Positions 10,570 through 21,015 are shown, counted from the stretch's first letter. The stretch: DNA of 64,000 nt from an uncultured Alphaproteobacteria bacterium (GCA_944390885.1 CALXRP010000006.1:2216-66215), one strand, 5' to 3'. Numbers and translations are program-made. Notes: generated from the letters alone by a model not told the origin.

Positions 10570-11490
10570 GTGTTAAAGAAAATATCAAAAACCGCGGCTC
10601 TGGTGCTGGTCCTGCTGGCAGTAAACGGCTGCGGCCGCAGCTTGAAAGATGTTTTGTCGGGAGACTTCGGCTTTAATGACCGGGAATATCCCATCGCCGG
10701 GCTCCGGGCGCCGAGTTCGATTGTGGTTTGCCGCAGCAAACAGTGCGCACCGGCCAAACTTTCCATGTCACGGGAATATATTTTTAACAGCCTTTTGCAG
10801 CTTTTTGAAAATAACAATCATCAGACGGCATTAATTTGTACAGCCAGTGCGGCTAGCCATGTTTGTCTGGAACATTACGTTCAGGCGCCGATAAGAGTGG
10901 GCATTACCCCTGCATATATGTATATAGATTCGGTCAAAATTACTGATGTTATCATTGGCAAAGGCAATGAGAAAATCAATTTGGTCTTAAATTATAACCT
11001 GACTTATAACGGACAGTCGCCGGATTGTGTTCCGTCCCGTTCAATTTTGTTTGCCCGCAACGTCAACCATGTTTTGCTGGAAGATGCCGGTTATAATTGC
11101 AAAATGACGGCTATCGGTCAGACAACTGTCAAAAATGTATTTTCGATTGATTATATTGACCTGGATTACGGCTATATCGGGGGGTACTATTCCATTGGGC
11201 TTTCCGGTCCGGCTTACGGCGGAGGAACAGGATATATGATGATTCGTCTGCCCAATACGTCTTATCCGCTCAATCCTGTATTGACGGATAAGAGAAATCC
11301 GGTAACTGAGGCTAACAGCTATGTTAATGCACCGAGAGTTTCAGGCAGCAGCAATGCAACGAGCGGATATTCTCAAGGCGGGGTTCAGATCTTTCCGATA
11401 GCCAAAAAAGCTTCGGCTCCGGCACCGGAACCGGAAACCTCTGCGCCGGCCGAAGCATCTACCGCATCTGAAAGCCAAACGGCAGAATAA
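10570..11490 (+). CDS. Lipoprotein of unknown function
   Basis: GTG start. Signal peptide with lipobox LLAVNG-C. No recognisable catalytic motifs. Confidence 0.5.
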   Translation: MLKKISKTAALVLVLLAVNGCGRSLKDVLSGDFGFNDREYPIAGLRAPSSIVVCRSKQCAPAKLSMSREYIFNSLLQLFENNNHQTALICTASAASHVCLEHYVQAPIRVGITPAYMYIDSVKITDVIIGKGNEKINLVLNYNLTYNGQSPDCVPSRSILFARNVNHVLLEDAGYNCKMTAIGQTTVKNVFSIDYIDLDYGYIGGYYSIGLSGPAYGGGTGYMMIRLPNTSYPLNPVLTDKRNPVTEANSYVNAPRVSGSSNATSGYSQGGVQIFPIAKKASAPAPEPETSAPAEASTASESQTAE

Positions 11491-11527
11491 AAAAATCCCT
11501 GCAATCATCAGATTGCGGGGCTTTTTT

Positions 11528-12253
11528 TCAATTACGTTTTTTTGCGGCAGCCAGAATCTCGGCATAAGACACTTTTGTCTTATAAGTTTCAATAACTTCG
11601 GTATTTTTTTCGTTGCCGTCACCATAGCAGACAAGAGACAGTGGTTTGACATCACCGTTTTCCACCGCATAATACAAAGAACAATGCGGCATGGCATTAA
11701 AGCTGAGGCCATAATAGGTAATGATAATGGCTCTTGGTGCGCAAAGCGGTTGAAGCGGCTGAATATGATACATTCTGCTGTCCAAAAAACCGAGCTTGCT
11801 GCGTTTCTTTCCCAAAGTTGTTCCGAGCTCTGCAAAATAAGTGTTTTGATACAGCCAAACAGTCGTAAAGAAAACAATGTTGAATTTGCTGTATAAAAAA
11901 TTATTCTCCAGTCCGGACAACACCATTTCTTCCGGAGCAATTTTTTTCTTTAAAAATTTGCTCAATGCCGAGGCGGCATCTTCTCTGTATAAGATCGGAC
12001 AATCGGCATACCCCAACACCAAAGGCGAATAATTTATAACCTTGCCGGAATGAACAGCGGGATTAAGCCTTTTCTGCAATTCTTCCCATTGTTTGTATTT
12101 GGCAATTTCCTTGGTGTTTTTTTCCAAATGAAAAGCAATTCTTTGTTCTTGATATGCTTCTTTTAAGTTCTGTGCAAAAAAAGAAATTTTTCTAATAATA
12201 TTTGTCATAAAATTAATAATTAAAAATACAAAATAAAAATAGCATAAAGTCAA
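11528..12253 (-). CDS. Hypothetical protein
   Basis: Long ORF with consistent coding periodicity; start site uncertain (several in-frame Met). No family recognised. Confidence 0.4.
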   Translation of the reverse strand: MTLCYFYFVFLIINFMTNIIRKISFFAQNLKEAYQEQRIAFHLEKNTKEIAKYKQWEELQKRLNPAVHSGKVINYSPLVLGYADCPILYREDAASALSKFLKKKIAPEEMVLSGLENNFLYSKFNIVFFTTVWLYQNTYFAELGTTLGKKRSKLGFLDSRMYHIQPLQPLCAPRAIIITYYGLSFNAMPHCSLYYAVENGDVKPLSLVCYGDGNEKNTEVIETYKTKVSYAEILAAAKKRN

Positions 12254-12321
12254 AGAAAGTCAAGCTCCTTGACAAATTCGGAACAGCTTTTTATTATCAA
12301 TGCAAAGTCAGGAAAGCAAAC

Positions 12322-12763
12322 AATGAAAATAACGATTATAGCCATTGGCAAATGCAAAAAAAATTCTCCGGAAGCTGAAATCATTGCCGAATATGTTAAA
12401 CGCTCCGCTTGGCAGATAACAATCAAAGAAGCCGATAATTCCAATCAGGCGGAAGAAGCCCGTTTTTTGCAGGGGGCAATTCCTTCGGGCGCAAAAGTCA
12501 TTGTGCTGGATGAACGCGGCGAAAACTTAAAAAGCATGGAACTGGCTCACAAAATAGAAAACTGGCAGCTGAACGGCTGTTCCGAAATTTGTTTTTTAAT
12601 CGGCGGTGCTGACGGGCATCTTCCGGAAACCAGACAACGGGCAGATTTGTTGCTTTCGTTTGGAAAGCTGACCTTGCCGCATATTTTGATGCGTGCCGTT
12701 TTGGCAGAACAAATTTACCGGATCCAAACAATTATCAACCATCATCCCTATCATCGGGAATAA
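12322..12763 (+). CDS. rlmH: 23S rRNA (pseudouridine1915-N3)-methyltransferase RlmH (SPOUT)
   Basis: MKITIIAIGK..., ..VIVLDERGE..S..A..IE.W...G.SEI.FLIGGADG....R.A..LSF...TLPH.L.R..L.EQIYR...I...HPYHR colinear with RlmH. Confidence 0.8.
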
Positions 12764-12769
12764 ACTTCT

Positions 12770-13130
12770 TGCAAATTGATCCCTCACCCGCCGTGCAGGT
12801 CATTGCCGGACTTGATCCGGCAATCCAAATCAACAATAAAGATTTTTTATTTATCTGGATTCTCGGGTCAAGCCCGAGAATGACATAAACTTCTATACAC
12901 AAAGCCCTTCACAGACCCCCGCCGGAGCAACGCGGTCTCTGTGGCACAGTGCTGTCAACTTGCCGCGCGCCTGCCGTGCAGGTCATCCCCGGGCTTTTTT
13001 TCTAGTCATTGCCGGGCTTGACCCGGCAATCCACCCTTCAAAGCACAAAGCCCTTCACTAACACCCGTCGGAGCAACGCGGGTCACGGGGCACAATCCCG
13101 ACAACCGATCGCTGCCGACGTTCGGCCTTT
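12770..13130. repeat. Cluster B of the palindromic MITE/REP-like repeat family
   Basis: Stem variant GTCATTGCCGGACTTGATCCGGCAATCC, then GGATTCTCGGGTCAAGCCCGAGAATGACA, a conserved core (..GGAGCAACGCGGTCTCTGTGGCACAGTGCTGTCAACTTGCCGCGCGCCTGCCGTGCAGG), then GTCATCCCCGGGC, GTCATTGCCGGGCTTGACCCGGCAATCC and a second degenerate core. Confidence 0.85.
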
Positions 13131-13339
13131 GGGTCAAGCAAAAGTAAGAAAGTATTTTTGGCACTCAAAAAGTAACAAAGAAAAAACAAAAAACGAGAAA
13201 CAGAAAGAAAGGGAAAAGAATAACAAATAAAGAATGAGTTCATAGGGAGGGAAAATGAAGATAATTGTGCAGCTGCTTTAATGTCTGTTTACTTTAAAAA
13301 TATAATTTTCTATACTTCCTTTACAAGAAAGGAAATTAA

Positions 13340-13870
13340 ATGCTGAAAAAAGTTTTTTTGCTGATTTTTTGCCTGTGCACGGCCTGCACTTTGCCGGAAT
13401 ATGAAACTGAAGAAGATATGTCCGGCGGTATGAAAAAAATGCCCTGTCCTAATGTTGTTATTAACCGTTCGGATGCTTATCTGAGCCAGATTGAGGGCTA
13501 TAAAGATCATTTCAAAATTGAGCTGTACGGATACGAGGGCTATTGCTGGTTTGACGGAAAAGTAAATCTTCCCAAAGCCAATATCACACCGTTGTTTAAG
13601 CTGATTCGTCTTGATGGCGGAAAAGATGAAGCCTTTGTTATGTTTGACTGGTTTTATCATACCAGCGAAGGGCCGACTGCATTTTTGGGAGAAAAAACTT
13701 TTGTTGAACAGGTTGATGTGCCGGCTTCGGCTCAGATATACAAATTCCGCGGCAAAACGGTTGACATTCGTGTTCCGACCTTGGAAGACAGCACCTTCCG
13801 GATCAATCTCGGCCTTCGGATGACTAATCAGGAAAAACAATACAATGATTTCGCTTTTGACCTGAATTAA
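13340..13870 (+). CDS. Lipoprotein of unknown function
   Basis: Signal peptide and lipobox (LCTA-C); 176 aa. Confidence 0.5.
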   Translation: MLKKVFLLIFCLCTACTLPEYETEEDMSGGMKKMPCPNVVINRSDAYLSQIEGYKDHFKIELYGYEGYCWFDGKVNLPKANITPLFKLIRLDGGKDEAFVMFDWFYHTSEGPTAFLGEKTFVEQVDVPASAQIYKFRGKTVDIRVPTLEDSTFRINLGLRMTNQEKQYNDFAFDLN

Positions 13871-13889
13871 AAAAATAAAGGAGAAAAAT

Positions 13890-15872
13890 ATGTGCTTTTT
13901 TAAGAATGACAAGCAAATGGAACAAATGGCCAATGCCATCCGTTTTTTAAGTGCCGACGCCATAGAAAAGTCAAAATCCGGCCACCCGGGAATGCCTTTG
14001 GGAATGGCGGATGTTGCAACGGTCTTGTTCAGCCGTTTCATCAAGCTTGCTCCGGAAGCGCCGCATTGGTTTGACAGAGATCGATTTGTCTTGTCTGCCG
14101 GACATGGTTCCATGCTGCTGTATTCTTTGTTATATCTGCTGGGATATAAAGACATTTCTCTTGAAAACATCAAAAACTTTCGTCAGCTGGGCGCAAAAAC
14201 AGCCGGGCATCCGGAATACGGACATCTGGACGGAATTGATATGACGACCGGACCTTTGGGGCAGGGGATCTCTTCCGCAGTCGGCATGGCCATTGCCGAA
14301 AGGTTTGTCGCTGCCCGATTCGGTGATGATTTGTGCAGCCATTATACTTATGTCATTAACGGAGACGGCTGTCTGATGGAAGGTATTTCGGAAGAAGCCA
14401 TATCTTTAGCCGGTCATCTGGGGTTAAACAAACTGATTGTCTTTTGGGATAATAATAACATCACCATTGACGGCAGCGTAGATTCGGCCAGCTCAACAGA
14501 TCAGATTGCCCGCTTTAAGGCTCATAAATGGAACACGATTGAAATAGACGGACACAATCATCATCAGATTGCAAAGGCCATTGAAAAGGCGCAAAAGTCG
14601 GATAAGCCGACATTAATTGCCTGCAAAACCAAAATCGGTTTTGGCGCTCCGACCAAACAAGGAACCAGTAAATGCCACGGTGCGCCTCTCGGAGCGGATG
14701 AACTGGCCAAAATGCGCCAAAATTTGGGCTGGGATTATCCTGCTTTTGAAATTCCGGCAGAAATCCTTCAGGCTTGGCGCGCTGCCGGTCGCCGTCATGC
14801 TGAAACTTACAAGAGCTGGGTCGCTCGGGCTAAAGAAGCCGGAAAAGATTTTAATAATTTTATTAATAATGCCCTGCCCAAAGATTGGGATAAAGAGCTG
14901 GAAGAACTGAAAAAACAGGCTATCGCCGAAAAAACAAAAGTCGCCACGCGCAAAGCTTCGCAAATGTGTTTGGAAAAAATCGTACCCCATATTCCTGAGA
15001 TCCTTGGCGGTTCGGCAGACTTGGCAGCATCTAACCTGACAAAGGTTGCCGGGATGAAAGATATTGTCAAAGGAGATTTCAGCGGCAACAATATGGCTTA
15101 CGGAATTCGCGAACATGCTATGGCGGCGATAATGAACGGTATGTCATTGCACGGCGGCGTCATCCCTTATGGCGGCACGTTCTTTGTCTTTTCGGATTAT
15201 ATGCGGCCGGCCATGCGCTTGGCAGCCTTGATGGGGATTCGGGCAATTTATGTTTTGACACACGATTCTATCGGTGTCGGCGAAGACGGGCCGACCCATC
15301 AGCCGGTAGAACATCTGGCTTCTTATCGGGCCATGCCAAACTTGTTTACATTCCGCCCCTGCGACGTGGTTGAAACGGCAGAAGCCTGGCAACTGGCTTT
15401 GGAGAATGAAGACGCGCCGAGCATTTTGGCATTAACCAGGCAGGGATTACCGCTTTTGCGTACCTCTGCAGCAGAAAATCTGACGGCTCGCGGCGGATAT
15501 GTAATTTCGGATGTTGCCAAAGGGCAAAAAAGACAAGCAACGATTATTGCCACCGGTTCAGAAGTTTCTCTGGCCGTTGCGGCTCAGAAAAAACTTGCGG
15601 AAGAAGGAATTGCAGCAGCGGTTGTTTCCATGCCTTGCTGCGAGTTGTTTGACCGTCAGGATATCAAATATCAGGAAGAAGTTCTCGGAAATTGTCCGCG
15701 GATTGCCGTGGAAGCAGGTTCAAAATTCGGCTGGGAAAAATATGTCGGTTTGAACGGGGATATTATCGGAATGGACGGTTTTGGTGCTTCCGGCCCGGCA
15801 GAGGAATTGTATAAATTCTTCGGCATTACTGAGGAAGAAGTCGTTGATGCCGTTAAAAACAGCTTAAAATAA
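13890..15872 (+). CDS. tkt: Transketolase
   Basis: AAGGAG RBS 7 nt upstream. ThDP-binding motifs (SGHPGMPLGMADV, GDGCLMEGISEEA, NNITIDG), a pyrimidine-binding domain and a C-terminal domain. 660 aa. Confidence 0.9.
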   Translation: MCFFKNDKQMEQMANAIRFLSADAIEKSKSGHPGMPLGMADVATVLFSRFIKLAPEAPHWFDRDRFVLSAGHGSMLLYSLLYLLGYKDISLENIKNFRQLGAKTAGHPEYGHLDGIDMTTGPLGQGISSAVGMAIAERFVAARFGDDLCSHYTYVINGDGCLMEGISEEAISLAGHLGLNKLIVFWDNNNITIDGSVDSASSTDQIARFKAHKWNTIEIDGHNHHQIAKAIEKAQKSDKPTLIACKTKIGFGAPTKQGTSKCHGAPLGADELAKMRQNLGWDYPAFEIPAEILQAWRAAGRRHAETYKSWVARAKEAGKDFNNFINNALPKDWDKELEELKKQAIAEKTKVATRKASQMCLEKIVPHIPEILGGSADLAASNLTKVAGMKDIVKGDFSGNNMAYGIREHAMAAIMNGMSLHGGVIPYGGTFFVFSDYMRPAMRLAALMGIRAIYVLTHDSIGVGEDGPTHQPVEHLASYRAMPNLFTFRPCDVVETAEAWQLALENEDAPSILALTRQGLPLLRTSAAENLTARGGYVISDVAKGQKRQATIIATGSEVSLAVAAQKKLAEEGIAAAVVSMPCCELFDRQDIKYQEEVLGNCPRIAVEAGSKFGWEKYVGLNGDIIGMDGFGASGPAEELYKFFGITEEEVVDAVKNSLK

Positions 15873-15889
15873 AAATCCGGTATTTTCTA

Positions 15890-15920
15890 AAAAACTCCTG
15901 TTGACCAGGAGTTTTTTTTA
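15890..15920 (+). terminator. Rho-independent terminator after tkt
   Basis: Stem ACTCCTGG / CCAGGAGT with loop TTGA followed by T8. Confidence 0.7.
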
Positions 15921-16054
15921 GAAAAATCTGACAAAACCCGATCCATAAGCTAAAAATCGGCAAAATGTTGCAAATATGTTGACAAAGAGCAAAAGAGATA
16001 TTATCTTCTAGCCCATATTAACTTATTAAGAAATTTTTTTAAATATAGATTATT

Positions 16055-16447
16055 ATGGAATGTGCAATTTTAAAGGCATCCCAGTTTATGGATGCAGCAA
16101 AGAAAGAGTACGGTTTTAGTTTTAATTTGAACGATGTTCATATCGGCAGACTGGAGTTTTCAACCGGAGAAGTCCAAAAGGACAATGGTTATATTTGTTT
16201 TTATGCCTTTGGCGCTGGAAAAGTCTGGTATATGAAAGCCTTTAAAGGCAAGACCGTACGCAAGGTAAAGGTCGCAGATGCGCAAAATGTTAAAGTAAAG
16301 GTGGAATATCCGCCTATGCATGCTTTTAACTCTGCTTATGGCATGACCGTCTGGCATGTGGTAGAGCATGACAACGATGTAGAACTGGTTGAAGACAGCC
16401 GGTATCATTTGAGAAAAAAACACAAAGTTGCGGCTCAGTCTGCGTAA
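16055..16447 (+). CDS. Hypothetical protein (130 aa)
   Basis: Isolated ORF with its own terminator; no recognisable motifs. Confidence 0.45.
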   Translation: MECAILKASQFMDAAKKEYGFSFNLNDVHIGRLEFSTGEVQKDNGYICFYAFGAGKVWYMKAFKGKTVRKVKVADAQNVKVKVEYPPMHAFNSAYGMTVWHVVEHDNDVELVEDSRYHLRKKHKVAAQSA

Positions 16448-16457
16448 TGCACAAATT

Positions 16458-16498
16458 AAAACGTTTCGGATTTCTAGGCTCCGAAACGTTTTTTTGTT
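16458..16498 (+). terminator. Rho-independent terminator
   Basis: Stem AAACGTTTCGGA / TCCGAAACGTTT followed by a T-run. Confidence 0.75.
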
Positions 16499-16599
16499 TT
16501 TGGGATTTATGTGACTGACCGCAATAAAAAACTTGCATTATTACATTGATTGGCTATATTTGCAGTAACAATAATAAACCAACAATAAGGAGACAATAT

Positions 16600-17649
16600 A
16601 TGCCTTTAGTATCAATGCGTCAGATTCTTGACCATGCAGCCGAAAACAATTACGGTGTTCCGGCTTTTAATATTAATGATATGGAACAAATCATTGCCGT
16701 TTTGCAGGCCGCTAAAAAAGTAAACGCTCCGGTTATTTTGCAAACATCTACCGGTGCGCGCAAGTTTGCCGGTGATCCGATGATCCGTCATATGGTTGCC
16801 GCCGGGATTGAAATGTTCCCGGAACTTCCGATTTGTATTCACCAAGATCACGGCTCTTCAGTCAATATCTGTCAGTCTGCCATTGTTAACGGCTATTCTT
16901 CCGTAATGATGGACGGTTCTCTGGAAGCTGATGGCAAAACCCCTTCTTCTTTTGAATACAATGTCCGCGTGACCAAAGAAGTTGTTGCCCGCGCTCATGC
17001 CGTCGGCGCTTCCGTTGAAGGTGAGCTTGGTGTTATCGGTTCTCTCGAAACCGGCAAAGGCGATAAAGAAGACGGCCACGGTGCAGAGGGTGTGATTGAT
17101 AAAAAACGTCTGGTAACCGATCCTGACGAAGCCAAAAAATTTGTTGAAGAAACACATGTCGATGCTTTGGCCGTTGCTGTCGGAACATCTCACGGCGCAT
17201 ACAAATTCACCCGCAAGCCGACCGGCGATATTCTGGCAATTGACGTGATTGAAAAAATCCACAAAGTTCTGCCGAATACGCACATGGTTATGCATGGCTC
17301 TTCTTCCGTTCCGCAAGAATTGCAGGATCTGATTAACGCATACGGCGGCGCTATTCCGCAAACCTTCGGCGTTCCGGTAGAAGAAATTGTTCGCGGTATC
17401 AAATCCGGTGTCCGCAAGGTCAATGTTGATACAGACTGCCGCATGGCCATTACCGGCGCGATCCGCAGATTGTTTGCCGAAAATCCGAAAGAATTTGATC
17501 CGCGTAAATACCTGAAGCCGGCAATCGAAGAAATGCAAAAAGTCTGCGAAGCCCGTTATGTTGCTTTTGGTGCTGCCGGTCATGCAGACAAAATCAAGGC
17601 AATTCCGTTGTCTGTTATGGCAAAACGCTATGCCGACGGTGAAATTTAA
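16600..17649 (+). CDS. fba: Fructose-bisphosphate aldolase, class II
   Basis: AAGGAG RBS. Class II FBA motifs (PAFNINDMEQ, ILQTSTGA, IHQDHG, HGSSS). Confidence 0.85.
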   Translation: MPLVSMRQILDHAAENNYGVPAFNINDMEQIIAVLQAAKKVNAPVILQTSTGARKFAGDPMIRHMVAAGIEMFPELPICIHQDHGSSVNICQSAIVNGYSSVMMDGSLEADGKTPSSFEYNVRVTKEVVARAHAVGASVEGELGVIGSLETGKGDKEDGHGAEGVIDKKRLVTDPDEAKKFVEETHVDALAVAVGTSHGAYKFTRKPTGDILAIDVIEKIHKVLPNTHMVMHGSSSVPQELQDLINAYGGAIPQTFGVPVEEIVRGIKSGVRKVNVDTDCRMAITGAIRRLFAENPKEFDPRKYLKPAIEEMQKVCEARYVAFGAAGHADKIKAIPLSVMAKRYADGEI

Positions 17650-17765
17650 CGGAATTTCAGGTTCTTAAAAATATCAAAAACGGGGCAGAAATGCTCCGTT
17701 TTTTATTTCTGGACAAAATTAGAAAATGTGATATGGTAAATTTCTGTTTTTTTAATTATTAAGAT

Positions 17766-18194
17766 ATGAAAAAGATTATTTTGTCTTTATTTTTAATCGT
17801 AATGCTGTTTTCTTGTGCCAATATGGAAAAACCTCAAGCCGTTCGTCAGGATCGCCTGTTTGAAGAGTTTGATTTTCATTTTTTTGAGCTCAAAGAAAAC
17901 GAACGCATTGCTACTGTAAGCATCAACCTTCGTCCGGGACAGACCACAATTTTTTGGCGCAGCAACCTGCAAAGGGATTTTGTCTTTACGGTTAATGAAG
18001 AATGTGAACTGGATCGTTGCGGCAAAGAAAATTGTATTGTCACCAGTACAGAAACAGGCCACGTTATCGGTTTTGTCTTTTTGCTGCCGGAAGAAGTAGA
18101 TGAAGCGGAACGGATATTTTCTGAACTGCTGTTTTGGGAGCAGGAAGAAAATATTTGTCCGGGCTTAAAAACATTGCTCTATGAAGAGTATTAA
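17766..18194 (+). CDS. Lipoprotein of unknown function
   Basis: Signal peptide with lipobox LFS-C; 142 aa. Confidence 0.45.
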   Translation: MKKIILSLFLIVMLFSCANMEKPQAVRQDRLFEEFDFHFFELKENERIATVSINLRPGQTTIFWRSNLQRDFVFTVNEECELDRCGKENCIVTSTETGHVIGFVFLLPEEVDEAERIFSELLFWEQEENICPGLKTLLYEEY

Positions 18195-18198
18195 TGTT

Positions 18199-18237
18199 AT
18201 CCCCGTTTTAAACAACTGTTTAAACGGGGATTTTTTT
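18199..18237 (+). terminator. Rho-independent terminator
   Basis: Stem ATCCCCGTTTAAAC / GTTTAAACGGGGAT followed by T7. Confidence 0.75.
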
Positions 18238-18329
18238 ATATCCTAAATTAAGACTGGATTTTTTTATAAAATACTGCTACACCAAAGACCCTTATTTTAT
18301 TATGATGCTAATTATTAAATTTTTATAAT

Positions 18330-18671
18330 ATGATACATTTTAAAATTTTTTCTCATATCGTGGGTGTTGCGTTATTATTTGGGTCTTGTTCCGTATGCCA
18401 AAAGCAAAGCGATTACAGCTATGTTATTCGGCGGGTTCCGAAAAAAGATCAGGTTGTTTATTATCCCTTTGCTCCGGGTGACAAGATTTGCCAAATGGAC
18501 ACGCTCGTTTGCAAAAAGAAGCTCAATATTGTCTGGACATCAAAAAAATCGTCCCAACGGTATTATATGCGGCTTCCGGCAAATGCCAAAATTGTGGGAA
18601 TGGATTCCGATTGGACTTTGTTGCAGTTTCCCAATGATCGGATTCTGCTGGTCTGTTTCGGATATTATTAA
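18330..18671 (+). CDS. Putative lipoprotein (113 aa), unknown function
   Basis: Signal peptide with LFGS-C lipobox. Confidence 0.4.
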   Translation: MIHFKIFSHIVGVALLFGSCSVCQKQSDYSYVIRRVPKKDQVVYYPFAPGDKICQMDTLVCKKKLNIVWTSKKSSQRYYMRLPANAKIVGMDSDWTLLQFPNDRILLVCFGYY

Positions 18672-18757
18672 GCAGTCCGCGAAAGCGGAAAAACAAAACC
18701 CGCTTGAACTATAACGGTTCAAACGGGTTTTCTACGTTCAGGAGATGTTTAGAAGTC

Positions 18758-19267
18758 TTATTTTTGCATTGTCATATGTTCTTTTCCTGCTTCAATATCG
18801 GCAATATAATCGCCGATTTCCTGCTCATGTTCGATTTCTTCATCCAGAATATGGCGGGACATATGGAACGTGGCAAAATCTTTGCCGACGGTCATCTCGC
18901 AAATTTTCTGATACCGGGCAATGGCGCAGCGTTCCGCCACCAGATTCTGCTGCAAAAGTTTTTCTACATAATCATCAGATGGGGCGTCATACTTGCATTG
19001 TGCCGTTTTCTTCCAATCATCCGGATCAAGAAGAGGCGTGCCGCCCAGTTCGATAATGCGAGTTGCCAGCTTTTGAGCATGATCAAGTTCTTCATTGGCA
19101 TGTTCCATAAATTCGGCGGCAATATCCTTGCGCATCGGGCCGACGGCCACCTGAGCACCCATCCAATATTGATAATAAGCCAGCCATTCTTCGGCAAAGG
19201 CCACGTTTAACACATTAATCAGCTCTTTGCGGTCAACATTGCTGATTTGTTGAGCCATTTCACCCAT
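18758..19267 (-). CDS. Ferritin-like diiron protein (Dps/bacterioferritin superfamily)
   Basis: Four-helix-bundle pattern with paired E/H ligand motifs (EEWLAYYQYW, EHANEELDHAQ, VAERCAIARYQ, LDEEIEHEQEI). Confidence 0.6.
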   Translation of the reverse strand: MGEMAQQISNVDRKELINVLNVAFAEEWLAYYQYWMGAQVAVGPMRKDIAAEFMEHANEELDHAQKLATRIIELGGTPLLDPDDWKKTAQCKYDAPSDDYVEKLLQQNLVAERCAIARYQKICEMTVGKDFATFHMSRHILDEEIEHEQEIGDYIADIEAGKEHMTMQK

Positions 19268-19417
19268 CTTTACTTCTCCAAAATTAATGTTAAATCTGTT
19301 TTCGGCTTTTGATATAACTTCTGAAAATCGGAATACAAGACCGGTTCAAAAATCTTTTTTCTGGATTTTTTACCGCTGATGAGGTATCATCAGATAAACA
19401 TTTCAAGGAGAAGAAAT

Positions 19418-20053
19418 ATGGTTAAGATTGCCCCCAGTATCTTGTCAGCCGATTTCAGCCGCCTGGGCGAAGAAGTGACCGCTTTGGAAAAAGCCGGTGC
19501 CGATATGATTCATTTGGATGTCATGGACGGCAACTTTGTGCCAAACCTGACCTTTGGTCCGGGGATCATCAAGGCCTTACGCCCTAAAAGCAAACTTTGC
19601 TTTGATGTTCATTTAATGGTCAATAATCCGGACGAGATGATACCTTGGTTCATTGCCGCCGGAGCGGATATCATTACAGTTCATGCCGAGGTCTGCCGTC
19701 ATCTGGATAAGACGCTGTCTGCAATCCGCTCCTACGGAGTAAAAGCCGGTGTTTCGCTCAACCCGTCCACGCCGGAAAATGTTCTGGAATATGTGCTTGA
19801 TAAGCTGGATTTAGTGTTGGTAATGTCGGTCAATCCCGGTTTCGGCGGGCAAAAATTTATTGAAAACAGCCTGCAAAAAATTTCCCGGATAAAAGAAATG
19901 CGCGGCAGCCGTGAAATAGAAATTGAGGTCGACGGCGGCATAAACCCGTTGACGGCAGCCCGTTGCATTAGTGCCGGCGCCGATATTCTGGTTGCCGGGA
20001 CTTCTGTTTTTGCCGGTGGGGAATATGCCCGTAATATTGAGGCCTTAAGGTAA
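19418..20053 (+). CDS. rpe: Ribulose-phosphate 3-epimerase
   Basis: [34 protein letters not shown] and DGGI motifs. Confidence 0.85.
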   Translation: MVKIAPSILSADFSRLGEEVTALEKAGADMIHLDVMDGNFVPNLTFGPGIIKALRPKSKLCFDVHLMVNNPDEMIPWFIAAGADIITVHAEVCRHLDKTLSAIRSYGVKAGVSLNPSTPENVLEYVLDKLDLVLVMSVNPGFGGQKFIENSLQKISRIKEMRGSREIEIEVDGGINPLTAARCISAGADILVAGTSVFAGGEYARNIEALR

Positions 20054-20103
20054 TTTTAACCCGATTGCCTTAAACTGTCGGCAAACCAGGAAGGAGAAAA
20101 ATA

Positions 20104-20805
20104 ATGAAGTATACCGTAATGCTGATAGAAGATGAAGAATCTTTGGCCTTGATGCTGAAGTATAACTTGCAGAAAGAAGGTTATGATGTCGTGCATGAAG
20201 CCCGCGGCAATAAGGCGCTGGCAGCGGTAGAAAAAGTTCGTCCTTCTCTGATCCTGCTGGATTGGATGCTGCCGGAAATTTCCGGCGTTGAAATCTGCAA
20301 ACTGATTCGCAGCAATCCCGAAATCAAAAACATTCCGATAATTATGCTCACCGCCAAAGGCGAAGAAGAAGACAAAATCAAAGGGCTCTCTGCCGGCGCG
20401 GATGATTACGTTACCAAACCTTTTTCCATTCCGGAACTGATGGCGCGCGTCAAAACCAACCTGCGCCGTGCACCGGAGCCGCACCAGGAAAAAGAACTGG
20501 TGTATGAAGATATTCGGATGGATCTGACCGAGAAAAAAGTTTTTCGCGGTGACAATTACATTCACCTCGGCCCGACCGAATTTCGTTTGTTAAAAACACT
20601 GATGGAAGTGCCGGGAAAAGTCTTTTCCAGAGAGTACCTGCTCAAAACCGTATGGGGCGATAACGTTTATGTGGAATCCCGGACGGTAGACGTGCATATC
20701 CGCCGCCTGCGCAAATCCTTAAACGATTTTGGGCCGGACTATATCCGAACAGTCCGTGCCACCGGTTATTCGATTGACAAATCACTCGACAACGACGAAG
20801 CTTAA
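20104..20805 (+). CDS. PhoB-like OmpR-family response regulator
   Basis: Receiver domain (VMLIEDEESLA, LILLDWMLPE, IIMLTAKGEEEDKIKGLSAGADDYVTKPF) and winged-helix output domain. No cognate kinase adjacent. Confidence 0.75.
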   Translation: MKYTVMLIEDEESLALMLKYNLQKEGYDVVHEARGNKALAAVEKVRPSLILLDWMLPEISGVEICKLIRSNPEIKNIPIIMLTAKGEEEDKIKGLSAGADDYVTKPFSIPELMARVKTNLRRAPEPHQEKELVYEDIRMDLTEKKVFRGDNYIHLGPTEFRLLKTLMEVPGKVFSREYLLKTVWGDNVYVESRTVDVHIRRLRKSLNDFGPDYIRTVRATGYSIDKSLDNDEA

Positions 20806-20811
20806 AAAAAT

Positions 20812-21015
20812 CCGCCATGTCATCCCCGGGCTTCATTTTTTTTAGTCATCCCCGGGCATCGACCCGGGGATCCACATTTCAAGGCACAATCTTGACCGTG
20901 GAAAACAATAGAGCAACGCGGTTTCTGGAGCACAATTCTGACAACTGACCGCTCAGGCCGTCGCCTGTGGATTCTCGGGTCAAGCCCGAGAATGACATAA
21001 GAAAAGAAAGCCCGA
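20812..21015. repeat. Cluster C of the palindromic MITE/REP-like repeat family (3' flank of autotransporter gene)
   Basis: Reads GTCATCCCCGGGC half-site, GTCATCCCCGGGCATCGACCCGGGGATCC, conserved core (CAAGGCACAATCTTGACCGTGGAAAACAATAGAGCAACGCGGTTTCTGGAGCACAATTCTGACAACTGACCGCTCAGGCCGTCGCCTGTGG), then GGATTCTCGGGTCAAGCCCGAGAATGACA and a CCCGAGAATGAC half-site. Confidence 0.85.

Noticed and set aside
12943-12960. TGGCAC within the repeat core as additional sigma54 promoters
   Set aside because: The downstream element is TGTCA/TTTCA rather than TTGCW at the required 5-nt spacing. Only the flgF-proximal site (25270) fits the consensus.
13310-14173. 287-aa minus-strand ORF overlapping the lipoprotein gene and tkt start
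   Set aside because: It is antisense to two well-supported genes (tkt with strong RBS and motifs) and has a low-complexity translation.
16858-17583. 241-aa minus-strand ORF antisense to fba
   Set aside because: fba motifs are unambiguous on the plus strand. A long antisense ORF is common in GC-balanced genes.
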